Below, one piece after another: positions 18,419 to 28,176 of a stretch of DNA of 44,287 nt (positions are counted from its first letter, which is position 1; each line of letters starts with the position of its first letter). The notes under the pieces are model-generated. The model did not search any database, had not been told where the DNA came from, and saw only the letters and a list, made by a program, of their open reading frames with translations. Both the position numbers and the translations under genes were made by a program. Source of the stretch: Solirubrobacteraceae bacterium (GTDB lineage Bacteria > Actinomycetota > Thermoleophilia > Solirubrobacterales > Solirubrobacteraceae); the NCBI GenBank assembly GCA_050696955.1, contig JBOGYT010000037.1, forward strand, positions 1-44,287, given 5' to 3'.

Positions 18419-19041
18419 AGCGCCTGCTCATCGTCGCCGACCACTCGCTCGTCGTGCACTCGATCCGCCTCGCGCTCCGCCAAACCGCCGGGTTCGAGGA
18501 CGTCGGGTTCATCGATGGCCGCTCCCCGGCGCGGGACGCGCTGATCGAGCACCGGCCCGACGTCGTCCTCGTCGACGACATGCAGGACCCCGACAACGCG
18601 CTGGCACGCCTGGGCGAGGCCGCCCAGCACGCGCCCGATTCCCAGCGCCTGCTGCTCACGCTGCGCATGGATGACGCCTGGCTGGGCGACGCGTTCGAGG
18701 CCGGCGCGGACGCCGTGCTGTCGAAGACCGTCCATCCGGTCAGCCTCGGGACCCTGCTGCGCGAGGTCGTGCGCGGAAACGTCGTGCACCGCTTCGAGAG
18801 CCGCCGCGTCGAGGCGGCGCCGGCGTGCCCGCTGACCGACCGCGAGCTCGAGATCCTGCGCCTCGCGGCCGACGGGCACACGAACGGCCAGATCGCGCGG
18901 TCGCTGTGGGTCACCGAGCAGACGGTGAAGTTCCACCTGTCGAACACGTACCGCAAGCTCGGAGTCTCGAACCGCACCGAGGCCAGCCGCTACGCCCACC
19001 GCAACCACCTGCTCGACGAGCGCCGGCTGTTGGCGTCCTGA
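18415..19041 (+). CDS. LuxR/NarL-family response regulator with an atypical receiver
   Basis: The ATG at 18415 overlaps the upstream stop (ATGA). The C-terminal HTH reads LTDRELEILRLAADGHTNGQIARSLWVTEQTVKFHLSNTYRKLGV. The receiver has ADH instead of the usual DD pair but keeps VLVDD, T and K positions. Confidence 0.8.
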   Translation: MKRLLIVADHSLVVHSIRLALRQTAGFEDVGFIDGRSPARDALIEHRPDVVLVDDMQDPDNALARLGEAAQHAPDSQRLLLTLRMDDAWLGDAFEAGADAVLSKTVHPVSLGTLLREVVRGNVVHRFESRRVEAAPACPLTDRELEILRLAADGHTNGQIARSLWVTEQTVKFHLSNTYRKLGVSNRTEASRYAHRNHLLDERRLLAS

Positions 19042-19042
19042 C

Positions 19043-20557
19043 ATGGCGAACGTCCCGATCCCCAGCCGCTTGCGGCCCGCCCCCGAGCCGGAGGAGGAGC
19101 GCCCCGCAGAGGGGTCGCCGGACCTCGTCCTGCAGTCCTTCCACGAGCCGCGCGACAAGGGCCTGCGGCGCGGACGCGCGCGCCTGCTCATGCTCGCCGA
19201 TCTCGTGTCGGTCGTGGTCGCGCTGGCCGTCACGTACGCGCTCGCTCAGCAGTACGCGCCGCCGGCGGTCATCGCGCCCGACGCGCTGACCATCGTGCTC
19301 GCCGTGCTCGGGCCGGTGGCGTGGATCGTGATCTTCGCCATCTACGGGCTCTACGAGCGCCAGAGCCGCTCGATCGCGCCGGGAACCTTCGACGAGATCG
19401 GCACGCTGTTCCACGCGCTCCTCGCCGGCGCGCTGCTGGGCCTGCTCGCCAGCCAGGTCACCAAGCGCTTCTTCGACATCACGTTCTTCACGCCGGTGGA
19501 GTCCGTGCTGATGCTCGGCACCACGCTCGCGATCCTGCCGCTCATGCGCGTCGGGCTGCGCGCACGGCTCATGCCGAGCGTCATGCGACCGCGGCGGGCG
19601 CTCATCGTCGGATCGGGCGCCGTCGAGCGCCAGCTCGAGCGCAAGCTCGCCGAGCACCCCGAATACGGGCTCGAGCTCGTCGGCTTCGTCGACGACGAGT
19701 CGACCGACGGGGAGCTGCTCGGCCACACGAGCGAGCTCAGCGCGATCATCGACGAGCACGAGATCGACTGGGTGATCCTCGCCTTCTCGAACGCGCCGTT
19801 CGAGACGACGCTCGACATCTTGCGCAACGTCCGCAGGCCGGACGTGCGGATCTCGATCGTTCCGCGGTACTTCGAGATGTTCGCCTCCAACGCGACGATC
19901 GAGGACCTCGGCGGCATGCCGCTCGTGAGCCTGCCGTCGCTCGAGCTGTCGCGCACCGTGCGCGTGGTCAAGCGCGCCGTCGATATCTCGGCGTCGGCCG
20001 TCGGGCTGCTCTTGCTGTCGCCGCTGCTGGCGCTCATCGCGCTCGCGATCAAGCTCGATTCGCGCGGCCCCGTCCTCTTCCGCCAGACCCGCCGCGGGCG
20101 CCACGGCAGCACCTTCCGGATCATGAAGTTCCGCACGATGGTCCGCGACGCGGAGGCTCAGCGCCCCCAGCTCGCCGCGCTCAACGACATGGGCGAGGGG
20201 CCGCTGTTCAAGCTGCACGAGGATCACCGCATCACGCGCGTCGGGCGCCTGCTGCGGCGCCTGAGCCTCGACGAGCTGCCCCAGCTCGTCAACGTCGTCA
20301 AGGGCGAGATGAGCCTCGTCGGGCCGCGGCCGTTCGTCGTCCACGAGGCCGAGCAGATCACGGGCTGGGCCGGCCGCCGCGTCGACCTCACGCCGGGCAT
20401 CACGGGGCTGTGGCAGATCAGCGGGCGCAACGACCTCTCGTTCGAGGAGATGGTCAAGCTCGACTACGTCTACGTGACGAACTGGTCGCTGTGGTGGGAC
20501 GTCAAGATCCTCTGCCGCACGCTGCCCGCCGTGTTCGCCGGAAAGGGGGCGTACTGA
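19043..20557 (+). CDS. Polyprenyl-phosphate glycosyl-1-phosphate transferase (WbaP/CpsE-type priming enzyme)
   Basis: Multi-TM N-terminus plus a Bac_transf C-domain: GPVLFRQTRRGRHGSTFRIMKFRTM...DELPQLVNVVKGEMSLVGPRP. Confidence 0.9.
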   Translation: MANVPIPSRLRPAPEPEEERPAEGSPDLVLQSFHEPRDKGLRRGRARLLMLADLVSVVVALAVTYALAQQYAPPAVIAPDALTIVLAVLGPVAWIVIFAIYGLYERQSRSIAPGTFDEIGTLFHALLAGALLGLLASQVTKRFFDITFFTPVESVLMLGTTLAILPLMRVGLRARLMPSVMRPRRALIVGSGAVERQLERKLAEHPEYGLELVGFVDDESTDGELLGHTSELSAIIDEHEIDWVILAFSNAPFETTLDILRNVRRPDVRISIVPRYFEMFASNATIEDLGGMPLVSLPSLELSRTVRVVKRAVDISASAVGLLLLSPLLALIALAIKLDSRGPVLFRQTRRGRHGSTFRIMKFRTMVRDAEAQRPQLAALNDMGEGPLFKLHEDHRITRVGRLLRRLSLDELPQLVNVVKGEMSLVGPRPFVVHEAEQITGWAGRRVDLTPGITGLWQISGRNDLSFEEMVKLDYVYVTNWSLWWDVKILCRTLPAVFAGKGAY

Positions 20558-21351
20558 TGGCCCTCTTCCTCGCTTGCGCCTATGACGAGGAGGCCAACGT
20601 CGGTCGCCTCATCGCCGACATCGAGTCGCGGCCGGAGCTGTGGCGCGACGGCGGCCGGCTCGTGCTCGTCGATGACGGCTCGCGCGATCGCACGGCGCAG
20701 ATCGCCGAGGCGCACACCGGCCCGTTGGCGGTCGAGGTGCTGCGGCTGGGTCACAACCAGGGTCCCGGCGCGGCGTTCGATCACGGCTTCCGGCACGTCC
20801 TCGCGCAGCCCGGCGGCGACGGGCTGATCGTGACGCTCGAGGCCGACACCACGAGCGACCTGGAGTCGCTGCCGGAGATGCTCGCCAAGGCCGCGCACGC
20901 CGACGTCGTGCTCGCATCGGTGCATGGCGGCGGCGCCATGGTCGGCGTGGGGCGTTTCCGGCAGGCGCTGTCGCACGCCGCCTCGTCGGTCGTTCGCGCC
21001 GGCGCCGGCATCGACGCGCACACGGTCTCGTCGTTCTTCCGCGTCTACCGCGCCGAGATCCTGCGCGCGGCCTATCGAGAGCACGGCGAGCACCTCATCC
21101 AGGAGCACGGATTTGCTTGCAAAGCGGAGATCCTGGCGAAGCTCACGGCGCTCGGAGCAGTCGTCGACGAGGTGCCGGTGACGCTCGACGGATCTTTGCG
21201 GCAGGGCGACAGCAAGCTGCGCATCCTGCCGACGATGGCGGGCTATGCGCGGATGCTCGCGCGTCAGCGTCGGAAGCGCCCCGCAGCGATGCGGGGCATG
21301 ACACTCGGCGACGGTGTCGCCGCACTACTCAGCGTATGGAGGCGACCATGA
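20557..21351 (+). CDS. GT2 glycosyltransferase, polyprenyl-phosphate sugar synthase-like (ArnC/GtrB/Ppm1-like)
   Basis: The ATG at 20557 overlaps the upstream stop. AYDEEANV...LVLVDDGSRDRT...GHNQGPGAAF are GT2 motifs. 264 aa, soluble. Confidence 0.75.
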   Translation: MALFLACAYDEEANVGRLIADIESRPELWRDGGRLVLVDDGSRDRTAQIAEAHTGPLAVEVLRLGHNQGPGAAFDHGFRHVLAQPGGDGLIVTLEADTTSDLESLPEMLAKAAHADVVLASVHGGGAMVGVGRFRQALSHAASSVVRAGAGIDAHTVSSFFRVYRAEILRAAYREHGEHLIQEHGFACKAEILAKLTALGAVVDEVPVTLDGSLRQGDSKLRILPTMAGYARMLARQRRKRPAAMRGMTLGDGVAALLSVWRRP

Positions 21352-22346
21352 AGGTAGGAATCACAGGCGCAGCGGGTTTCATCGGCTCGCACCTCTGCGA
21401 CAGGCTGCTCGACGACGGTCATGAGGTCGTCGGCGTGGATGACCTGTCGCGTGGCTCGCTCGTCAACCTGTCCGAGGCCTTCGGCCAGGACAACTTCGCG
21501 TTCCGCGAGATGGACTGCCGCAACGGTCGCCTGCTGCGCCACGTCTTCGGAGGCTGCGAGGGCATCGTCCACCTCGCCGCTGAGAAGATTCCGCGCTACG
21601 GCGGCGCGCTGAAGACCCTCGAGGCCAACGTCGCCGGCGCGAACGCGGCCTACGAGACCGCGTTGAAGCTCGATGCCCGGGTGGTCGTCGCCTCGACCTC
21701 GGACGTCTACGGCAACGCGACCCCGCCATTCGCCGAGGATGACCAGCTCACGCTCGGCCCGCCGACGACGCGCCGCTGGGCGTACGCGGTGTCCAAGCTC
21801 TACGACGAGCACGTCGCCCTCGCGCTCGCCGAGGAGAGCGGTCTGCGCGTCACGATCCTGCGCTTCTTCGGGTCCTATGGGCCGCGCAACCACCCGAGCT
21901 GGTGGGGCGGCCCGCAGGCGGCGTTCATGGAGCGCCTGCTCGACGGCGAGCTCATGGAGATCCACGGCGACGGGCGCCAGATCCGCACGTTCACGTACGT
22001 CTCGGATACCGTCGACGGCGTCGTGCGTGCGCTCCTGCACCCCGCGGCCGAGGGCGAGGTCATCAACGTGGGCGGCGACGAGCCGACGACGATCGTGCGC
22101 CTCGCGCATGAGGTCCAGGCCGCGCTCGACATGGCCGGCCCGCTGCGCGCGAACTTCGTGACCTACGAGAGCATCGGCGGGCGCTACCAGGACGTGCGCT
22201 GCCGCATTCCCGACACGCGCAAGAGCGCGGAGCTACTGGGATTCCAGGCCAGCGTCGGGCTCACCGAGGGCCTGCGCGCGACCGCCGAATGGCATCGCGA
22301 GCGCCGCGAGGAGCTCGCGGTCGTGGCGGACGCAGTCCCGGCCTGA
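21348..22346 (+). CDS. NAD-dependent epimerase/dehydratase (SDR; UDP-glucuronate decarboxylase/4-epimerase-like)
   Basis: MKVGITGAAGFIGSHLCDRLLDDGHEVVGVDDLS...YAVSKLYDE (YxxxK). ATGA overlap with the upstream gene. Confidence 0.88.
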   Translation: MKVGITGAAGFIGSHLCDRLLDDGHEVVGVDDLSRGSLVNLSEAFGQDNFAFREMDCRNGRLLRHVFGGCEGIVHLAAEKIPRYGGALKTLEANVAGANAAYETALKLDARVVVASTSDVYGNATPPFAEDDQLTLGPPTTRRWAYAVSKLYDEHVALALAEESGLRVTILRFFGSYGPRNHPSWWGGPQAAFMERLLDGELMEIHGDGRQIRTFTYVSDTVDGVVRALLHPAAEGEVINVGGDEPTTIVRLAHEVQAALDMAGPLRANFVTYESIGGRYQDVRCRIPDTRKSAELLGFQASVGLTEGLRATAEWHRERREELAVVADAVPA

Positions 22347-22383
22347 GCCGGGGTCTGCGGGGGCCACTGGAGGCGCGGACGCC

Positions 22384-24201
22384 GTGGCTCGATCGGTAGC
22401 AGCAGCAGCGGTGCCGCGATCACCGGCGGAGCGCCGGCGCCCCGCCGAGCTGGTGCGGGCATGGCTGACCTCGGAGCGGCTGGCGCTGTGCGCGCTGGTC
22501 GCGTGGTCGGTCCTTCTCGCCGTCGTCGGCTGGCGTGCATGGGGGCACCTCTCCGAGGACACCGGCTACGACCTGCTGGCGGCGGCGAACGTCGCCGACG
22601 GCCAGATGCCGTACGCGGACTTCTCGTACTACTACGGCCCGCTGGGCGTGCTGCTGCTCGGCGGCGTCTACTCCCTCGCCGGCGTGGGCGTCGACGCCGC
22701 GATCGCCTTCGGTCTCGTGATGGCGGGCACGATCGTCGTGCTCTCCTACCAGCTCGGGCGCGAGATCGCCGGCCCGGTCGCGGCCGTCCTCGTCGCCGCG
22801 CTCGCGGCGACGGCTGCCTTCTCGACGGGCAACATGAGCGCCGTCATGCCGCACACGACGACGGCGCCGCTCGCGATCATCTGCGCGCTGACCGGACTGC
22901 TGTGGCTCGCGCGCGGGCGCTGCGTGCTCGCCGGCGTCGCCGCCGGACTGCTCGCGCTCACGCGGCCGGAGTTCCTCGCCGCCTTCCTGGCGGCGATCGT
23001 GGCGTGGCTGCTCGTGCGCGCCGCCCAACCGGAGGTCGGCGTGCGCGGCGCGCTGCGCGAGGCGGCCCTCATCGCGGCACCCGCGCTCGCGATCCCGGCC
23101 GTCGTCTACGGAGCCTTCCTCACGCAGGTGTCGCCGAACGCGCTCCTGACCGAGAACCTCTTCCCCCTGCACCAGCTGCGGGCGGGCGGCGACGAGGTCG
23201 TTCGCAGCGCGATGCCGCTCACGGCGTCGAGCTTCGTCGAGCTCGCCGGACGCCTCGCGCTGTACGCGGCCGGCGCCGCCGCCGTGGTGGCACTTGCGAT
23301 CGGCATGAGCCGCGGCGGACGCTCGCGGCGCGCGGCGCTGTCGGCGTGCGCGCTGGCCGCGCTCGGCTTCCTCGCCGTCCTTGCCGTCAACCCCGAGGCT
23401 GTGCGCACCCAGCTGCAGCAGGCATGGGGATGGATTCCCGCCGGCGCGGCGATCGCCGCCGCCGCCCTCCTGTGGCGTGGCATGCGCGCGCGGGGCGCCG
23501 TGCCACCGGGCCTTCCGCTCGCGCTCGCCCTGGCCGCGTTCCTCGTCGTGATCGCGGCCACCCTCTACGACCAGTTCTTTCCGTACTCGACGCTCTACTT
23601 CGCGAACAAGGCGGCCTACGCGATGCCGTTCGCGGCGGCGTTCCTCGCCTGGCTGCACCTGCGCGTCCTGCCCACGTGGGGAGGCGCGCCCGCGCGCGCG
23701 ATCGGCATCGGCTGGCTGGCGCTGCTCACGCTCGCCGGCGGCGTGCTCGTGGCGCGCGACGCGCGCGAGGAGAGCGTGGTCGTTCGCGGCCCGGGCGGCG
23801 CGCTTGCCGACGGGCCCGGCAGCGGCCCGGCCCACCAGCAGGCGGTCGACTGGATCCTCAGGTCGACGCGAGCCGGTGAGCCGGTCCTCATCGTGCCCCA
23901 GCTGACGTGGATGCACATCGTCGCCGACCGGCCGTCGCCGCTCACGCAGCCCACGGCGCTGCCGGGCGGGCTGACCGCCGCGGCGGAGGCCGAGTCGGTT
24001 CGCCACATGGACGCGGTCAACCTCGCCGTTGTCGACACGCGGCCCTTCCCGCAGTTCGGGCACGGGTCGTTCGGCGAGACGTTCGATCTCGGGCTGGCCG
24101 CGCGGCTGAGGCGTGACTTCCGCCGCGTCGCGACGCTGCCCGACAGCGGCGCCGACGATCGGACGATCGAGATCTGGCGCCGCGCGAGGGCCGCCCAGTG
24201 A
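22384..24201 (+). CDS. Large polytopic membrane protein, GT-C fold (ArnT/PMT-like) lipid-carrier-dependent glycosyltransferase candidate; start uncertain
   Basis: About 12 TM. The first extracytoplasmic loop reads EDTGYDLLAAANVADGQMPYADFSYYYGPLG, as in GT39/GT83 enzymes. A C-terminal soluble domain of about 130 aa follows. Confidence 0.55.
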   Translation: MARSVAAAAVPRSPAERRRPAELVRAWLTSERLALCALVAWSVLLAVVGWRAWGHLSEDTGYDLLAAANVADGQMPYADFSYYYGPLGVLLLGGVYSLAGVGVDAAIAFGLVMAGTIVVLSYQLGREIAGPVAAVLVAALAATAAFSTGNMSAVMPHTTTAPLAIICALTGLLWLARGRCVLAGVAAGLLALTRPEFLAAFLAAIVAWLLVRAAQPEVGVRGALREAALIAAPALAIPAVVYGAFLTQVSPNALLTENLFPLHQLRAGGDEVVRSAMPLTASSFVELAGRLALYAAGAAAVVALAIGMSRGGRSRRAALSACALAALGFLAVLAVNPEAVRTQLQQAWGWIPAGAAIAAAALLWRGMRARGAVPPGLPLALALAAFLVVIAATLYDQFFPYSTLYFANKAAYAMPFAAAFLAWLHLRVLPTWGGAPARAIGIGWLALLTLAGGVLVARDAREESVVVRGPGGALADGPGSGPAHQQAVDWILRSTRAGEPVLIVPQLTWMHIVADRPSPLTQPTALPGGLTAAAEAESVRHMDAVNLAVVDTRPFPQFGHGSFGETFDLGLAARLRRDFRRVATLPDSGADDRTIEIWRRARAAQ

Positions 24202-25613
24202 CGCCGCGAGCGATGGCGGTCCGGCTCGGACTGGCCGAACCCGGCGAGCTCGTCGTCGATCGCCTCGATCTCGAGCACCATGGCCTCGAGATCGTGCGCC
24301 CGCTCGACACACCCGACGCCTTCGACGAGGCGACCGACGTCGGCAGCGGAGGGCTCGCGACCAAGCGCGGCGCGCTCGTGCTGTCGGCCGGCACGCTCGC
24401 CTCGGGCGTGCTGGCCTACGCGTTCAACGTCCTCGCCGCTCGCGCGCTCGGCCCCGAGGGCTACGGGCCGATCGCGGTCCTGTGGGCGGCCGTCTTCCTG
24501 CTGGCGGTCGTGCTGTTCCGGCCGCTCGAGCAGACGCTGTCGCGCGAGATCGCCGAGCGCAGCGCGCACGGCATCGACTCGCGGCCGGTCATCCGCTCCG
24601 TCGTCCGGCTCGGGATCGGCATCACGATCGGGATGACCCTCATCTGCGTGGCGTTGTCGGGGCCGATCACCGACGGGCTGTTCGACGGTCACGCGTCGCT
24701 GACGCTCGCGCTCGGCGCCGGCGTCATCGGTTACTGCCTGTCGTATCTCGTGCGCGGCGTGCTCGGGGGCGTGCGCTGGTTCGGCGGCTACGGCACGCTG
24801 CTCTTCGCGGACGGCGCGATCCGGCTTGCGGTCGCGCTCCCGCTCGTCTTCGTTGCCTCGATCGAGGTGGCAGCGCTCGCGATCGTCCTGGCCGCGGTCG
24901 GCGGCGCCCTCGCGCCGCTGCTGGCGCCCAAGCGGCGCCTGAGCACGCACCTCGTGCGGCCCGGCAGCGCGCCCTTCGAGTTGGGCCACGTGCTGCGGTT
25001 CGCCGGCCCCGTGACCGCCGTCGCGGTGTCCGAGCAGGTGCTCGTGTCGGGCGGACCGCTGCTGATCGTCCTCGCGGGCGGCGAGGGAGCGGTCGCCGCC
25101 GCCGGAGTCGTGTTCGCCGCGACGATGCTCGTGCGCGCGCCCGTGTTCCTCTTCCAGGGCGTGTCGGCCGCTCTGCTTCCAAGCCTCACGCGGCTCGACG
25201 CGCTGGGGCACACGGCGCGCTTCTGGCGCGCGGTGCTGCGCACCCTCTCCGTGCTGGCGCTGTTCTCCGGGTTGCTCGTCGCGGGCGCGCTCGCGGTCGG
25301 GCCCGAGGCCATGCACGCGCTGTACGGCAGCGGTTTCGAGGTCTCGCGGACAGACCTCACGGTGCTGACCGCCGGGATCGGCTGCTACCTGCTGGCGGCG
25401 ACGCTGTCTCAGGCCCTGCTTGCGCGCGCTAGGGCCACCGCGGCGGGCGCGATCTGGGTGAGCTCGGCGGTCGTCTTCGTCGCGGTGGAGCTCCTGGTCG
25501 GCGGCTCGGCACTGCACCGCGTCAGCGTCGCGTTCGCCGCCGCATCGCTGCTGATGACCGTGCTGTTCGTCGGCCTCGCACTGCGCGACCGGGGATCGGG
25601 CGAGCCGGCATGA
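24198..25613 (+). CDS. MOP-superfamily polysaccharide flippase (Wzx-like), copy 1
   Basis: 471 aa, about 12 TM, with the polysaccharide biosynthesis protein pattern. GTGA overlap with the upstream gene. Confidence 0.75.
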   Translation: MTPRAMAVRLGLAEPGELVVDRLDLEHHGLEIVRPLDTPDAFDEATDVGSGGLATKRGALVLSAGTLASGVLAYAFNVLAARALGPEGYGPIAVLWAAVFLLAVVLFRPLEQTLSREIAERSAHGIDSRPVIRSVVRLGIGITIGMTLICVALSGPITDGLFDGHASLTLALGAGVIGYCLSYLVRGVLGGVRWFGGYGTLLFADGAIRLAVALPLVFVASIEVAALAIVLAAVGGALAPLLAPKRRLSTHLVRPGSAPFELGHVLRFAGPVTAVAVSEQVLVSGGPLLIVLAGGEGAVAAAGVVFAATMLVRAPVFLFQGVSAALLPSLTRLDALGHTARFWRAVLRTLSVLALFSGLLVAGALAVGPEAMHALYGSGFEVSRTDLTVLTAGIGCYLLAATLSQALLARARATAAGAIWVSSAVVFVAVELLVGGSALHRVSVAFAAASLLMTVLFVGLALRDRGSGEPA

Positions 25614-26770
25614 GCGCAAGACTGGACGCACGGTTAGTGGTGCTCGAGGCCGACGGCGATAGCGTCGAGACGGTTGTGACTTCTGCCCGATCGACTCGGC
25701 ATCTCGTGGGCCTGCCATCGGCCGGCCGTCGGCTCGTGACGATCTTCGACCGGGACGCGGTGGCGCTGCGGGCGGCTCCGCTGCTTGCGGCGTTCCAGGA
25801 GCGTGGCGACGAGCTGCTCGTGCACGCCGAGACCACCAGCAACACGGCCGCGGGCGACCACTGGGTCGACACGGTCCAGCTGCAGCACGGCGAGGCGCAG
25901 ATCGGCGCCCTCCTGGACCGCGAGAAGCCTGACGCGGTGCTCGTGCTCGGCGACACCAACGACACGCTTGCGGGCGCGCGCGCCGCCGCCGAGCGCTTCC
26001 TGCCGCTGATCCACGTCGACGCGGGCCTGAGAACGCATCGCAGCGACCTGCCTGACGAGTGCAACCGCGTGCTCACCGACCACATGTCCGATCTGCTGCT
26101 GGCGCCGACGCGGACCGCCCACGAGAACCTGCTCGCAGAAGGCGTCAGCGGGCAGACGCACCTCGCGGGCGACGTCACCGCGGATGCGCTCGCCCACACG
26201 GCCGCGCGGCTACCCGACATCGCACCCGCCGACGAGTACGTGCTCGCGGCGATCCACGATGCCGACGCCGCCGACAACGACGCGCGCGCCGCAGCGCTCG
26301 TCACCTGTCTGCACGCGATTTCGGGAACGGTGCTGTTGTCCCTGCACTCGCGCGCGCGCGAGCGCTTCAGGGCGGCCGGGGTCGAGCTGCCGGCGAACGT
26401 CACGGCACTCGACGCCGCGCCGTACCGGCATGTGCTCGCGCTCGAGCGATCCGCCCGCGCGATCGTCACCGACGCCGCCGCGGTGCAGCGCGACGCGTAC
26501 CTGTGGGGCGTGCCGTGCGTGACCCTGCGCGACGAGACGGTCTGGGACGAGACGGTGCGAACCGGCTGGAACGTGCTCGTCGGCGTCGATCGCGGCGGGC
26601 TGCGGGCCGCATTGCGCCGCCCGACGCCCAGGGAGCGCCCGCCGATCTTCGGCGACGGGCACGCCGCCGAGCGGATCGCGGCGATCGTCGCGAACTTCGT
26701 CGCCGCCCCTCGCCCCCGCGCGGCCGACTCCCCCAGCCTGCACGCCGTGAACGAGATGAGCGGCCCATGA
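25610..26770 (+). CDS. wecB: UDP-N-acetylglucosamine 2-epimerase family (WecB-like, divergent N-terminus)
   Basis: PDAVLVLGDTNDTLAGARAAA...HVDAGLRT...LPDECNRVLTDHMSDLLLAPT...GDVTADAL are epimerase_2 motifs. Confidence 0.8.
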   Translation: MSARLDARLVVLEADGDSVETVVTSARSTRHLVGLPSAGRRLVTIFDRDAVALRAAPLLAAFQERGDELLVHAETTSNTAAGDHWVDTVQLQHGEAQIGALLDREKPDAVLVLGDTNDTLAGARAAAERFLPLIHVDAGLRTHRSDLPDECNRVLTDHMSDLLLAPTRTAHENLLAEGVSGQTHLAGDVTADALAHTAARLPDIAPADEYVLAAIHDADAADNDARAAALVTCLHAISGTVLLSLHSRARERFRAAGVELPANVTALDAAPYRHVLALERSARAIVTDAAAVQRDAYLWGVPCVTLRDETVWDETVRTGWNVLVGVDRGGLRAALRRPTPRERPPIFGDGHAAERIAAIVANFVAAPRPRAADSPSLHAVNEMSGP

Positions 26771-28176
26771 GCGCGCCGCGCGTCGGGATCATCGGTGGCG
26801 GAGTCCTCGGGACGGTGCTCGCGCTGCGCCTGCGCGAGGCCGGAGCCGAGGTGACGGTGCTCGAGCGCGCCGCGACCGTCGGCGGCCTCGCCGGGACGAT
26901 GGACTTCGGCGGCCACACCGTCGATCGCTTCTACCACGTGATCTTGCCGTCCGACGAGCGGATGGTGCAGCTCGCCCACGAAGTCGGGCTCGGCGATCAA
27001 CTGCGCTTCAATCCCGTCGGCGCCGGCTTCCTGGCCGGCGGTGAGCTGCACGACTTCAACGGCATCGGCGACTTCCTGCGCTTCGCACCGCTGCGCCCGT
27101 GGCAGCGCGCCCGGCTGGCCTGGTTCGTCGCCTACTGCCAGCTGCGCTCGGGCTACGACGGCCTCGAGGACGTGCCGCTCGAGCGCTGGCTGCGACGCCA
27201 CTGCGGCCGCGGCGTCGTCGAGCAAATGTGGAAGCCGCTGCTGAACACGCGCTTTGACTCCGACTGGAACGAGCTACCGGCGACGTATCTGTGGGCCCGC
27301 ACGCGCCGCATGTCGGGCGCGCGGACCGGCCGCGGACGCGGCGAGGAGATGGGCTGCATCATCGGCGGCCACCAGCGGCTGTTCGACGCGCTCGCGGCGA
27401 AGGCGCGCAAGCACGGCGTCAAGTTCGAGCTCGGCGCCGCCGTCGAGGGTCTCGCGCTCGCCGAAGACGGGCGCGTCGAGGGCGTGCGGGTGGCCGGCGA
27501 GACGGCTCGGTTCGACCTCGTCATCCCGACGCTCCAGCCGCCGGCCCTGCGCCACCTTCTGCCGCCGAAGCTCGATCACCTGCTCGCCGCCTATCCGCAG
27601 CGGTTCATGGGCGTCGTCTGCCTCGTCTTGAAGGTGCGCCGCTCGCTGACGCCCTACTACGCGGTAAACATCTGCGACCCGACACCGATCACGACCGTCG
27701 TCGAGACGTCGCACGTGCTTGGCACGGAGCACACCGACGGGCTGCGTCTCATCTACGTGCCGAAGTACTGCGACCCATCGGCTCCCGAGCAGGACGAGGA
27801 TCCGCAGTCGCTCTACGACCGTTTCACGGCGGCGCTCGCACGCGCCGTCCCATCCTTCTCGCATGACGACGTCGTCGAATGGACGGTGCAGCGCAGCCGT
27901 CTGGTCGAGCCAGTCCACGCGGTCGGCACCAAGCCGCGCGTGGCACCGGTGTGGCCGGGGGTCCCCGGGCTGGCGCTCGCGTCGGCGTCGCAGGTCTATC
28001 CACGTCTGCTCAACGGTGAGTCGGTCGTGGAGCTCGCCGAGACGGTCGCCGCTCAAGCGGTGCAGCGTCTCGGTCTGTCTTCGGGGGCACCGCCGCGTGC
28101 GGTGCCGGAGGTAGGAATCCACAGCGACGAGAGTCGCGTCCCGGAGGTCGTCCCATGTGCCGCCGCACCACCCTGA
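26767..28176 (+). CDS. NAD(P)/FAD-dependent oxidoreductase (amine-oxidase/PPO-like fold)
   Basis: MSAPRVGIIGGGVLGTVLALRLREAGAEVTVLERAATVGGLAG dinucleotide-binding motif. The ATG at 26767 overlaps the wecB stop. Confidence 0.8.
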   Translation: MSAPRVGIIGGGVLGTVLALRLREAGAEVTVLERAATVGGLAGTMDFGGHTVDRFYHVILPSDERMVQLAHEVGLGDQLRFNPVGAGFLAGGELHDFNGIGDFLRFAPLRPWQRARLAWFVAYCQLRSGYDGLEDVPLERWLRRHCGRGVVEQMWKPLLNTRFDSDWNELPATYLWARTRRMSGARTGRGRGEEMGCIIGGHQRLFDALAAKARKHGVKFELGAAVEGLALAEDGRVEGVRVAGETARFDLVIPTLQPPALRHLLPPKLDHLLAAYPQRFMGVVCLVLKVRRSLTPYYAVNICDPTPITTVVETSHVLGTEHTDGLRLIYVPKYCDPSAPEQDEDPQSLYDRFTAALARAVPSFSHDDVVEWTVQRSRLVEPVHAVGTKPRVAPVWPGVPGLALASASQVYPRLLNGESVVELAETVAAQAVQRLGLSSGAPPRAVPEVGIHSDESRVPEVVPCAAAPP

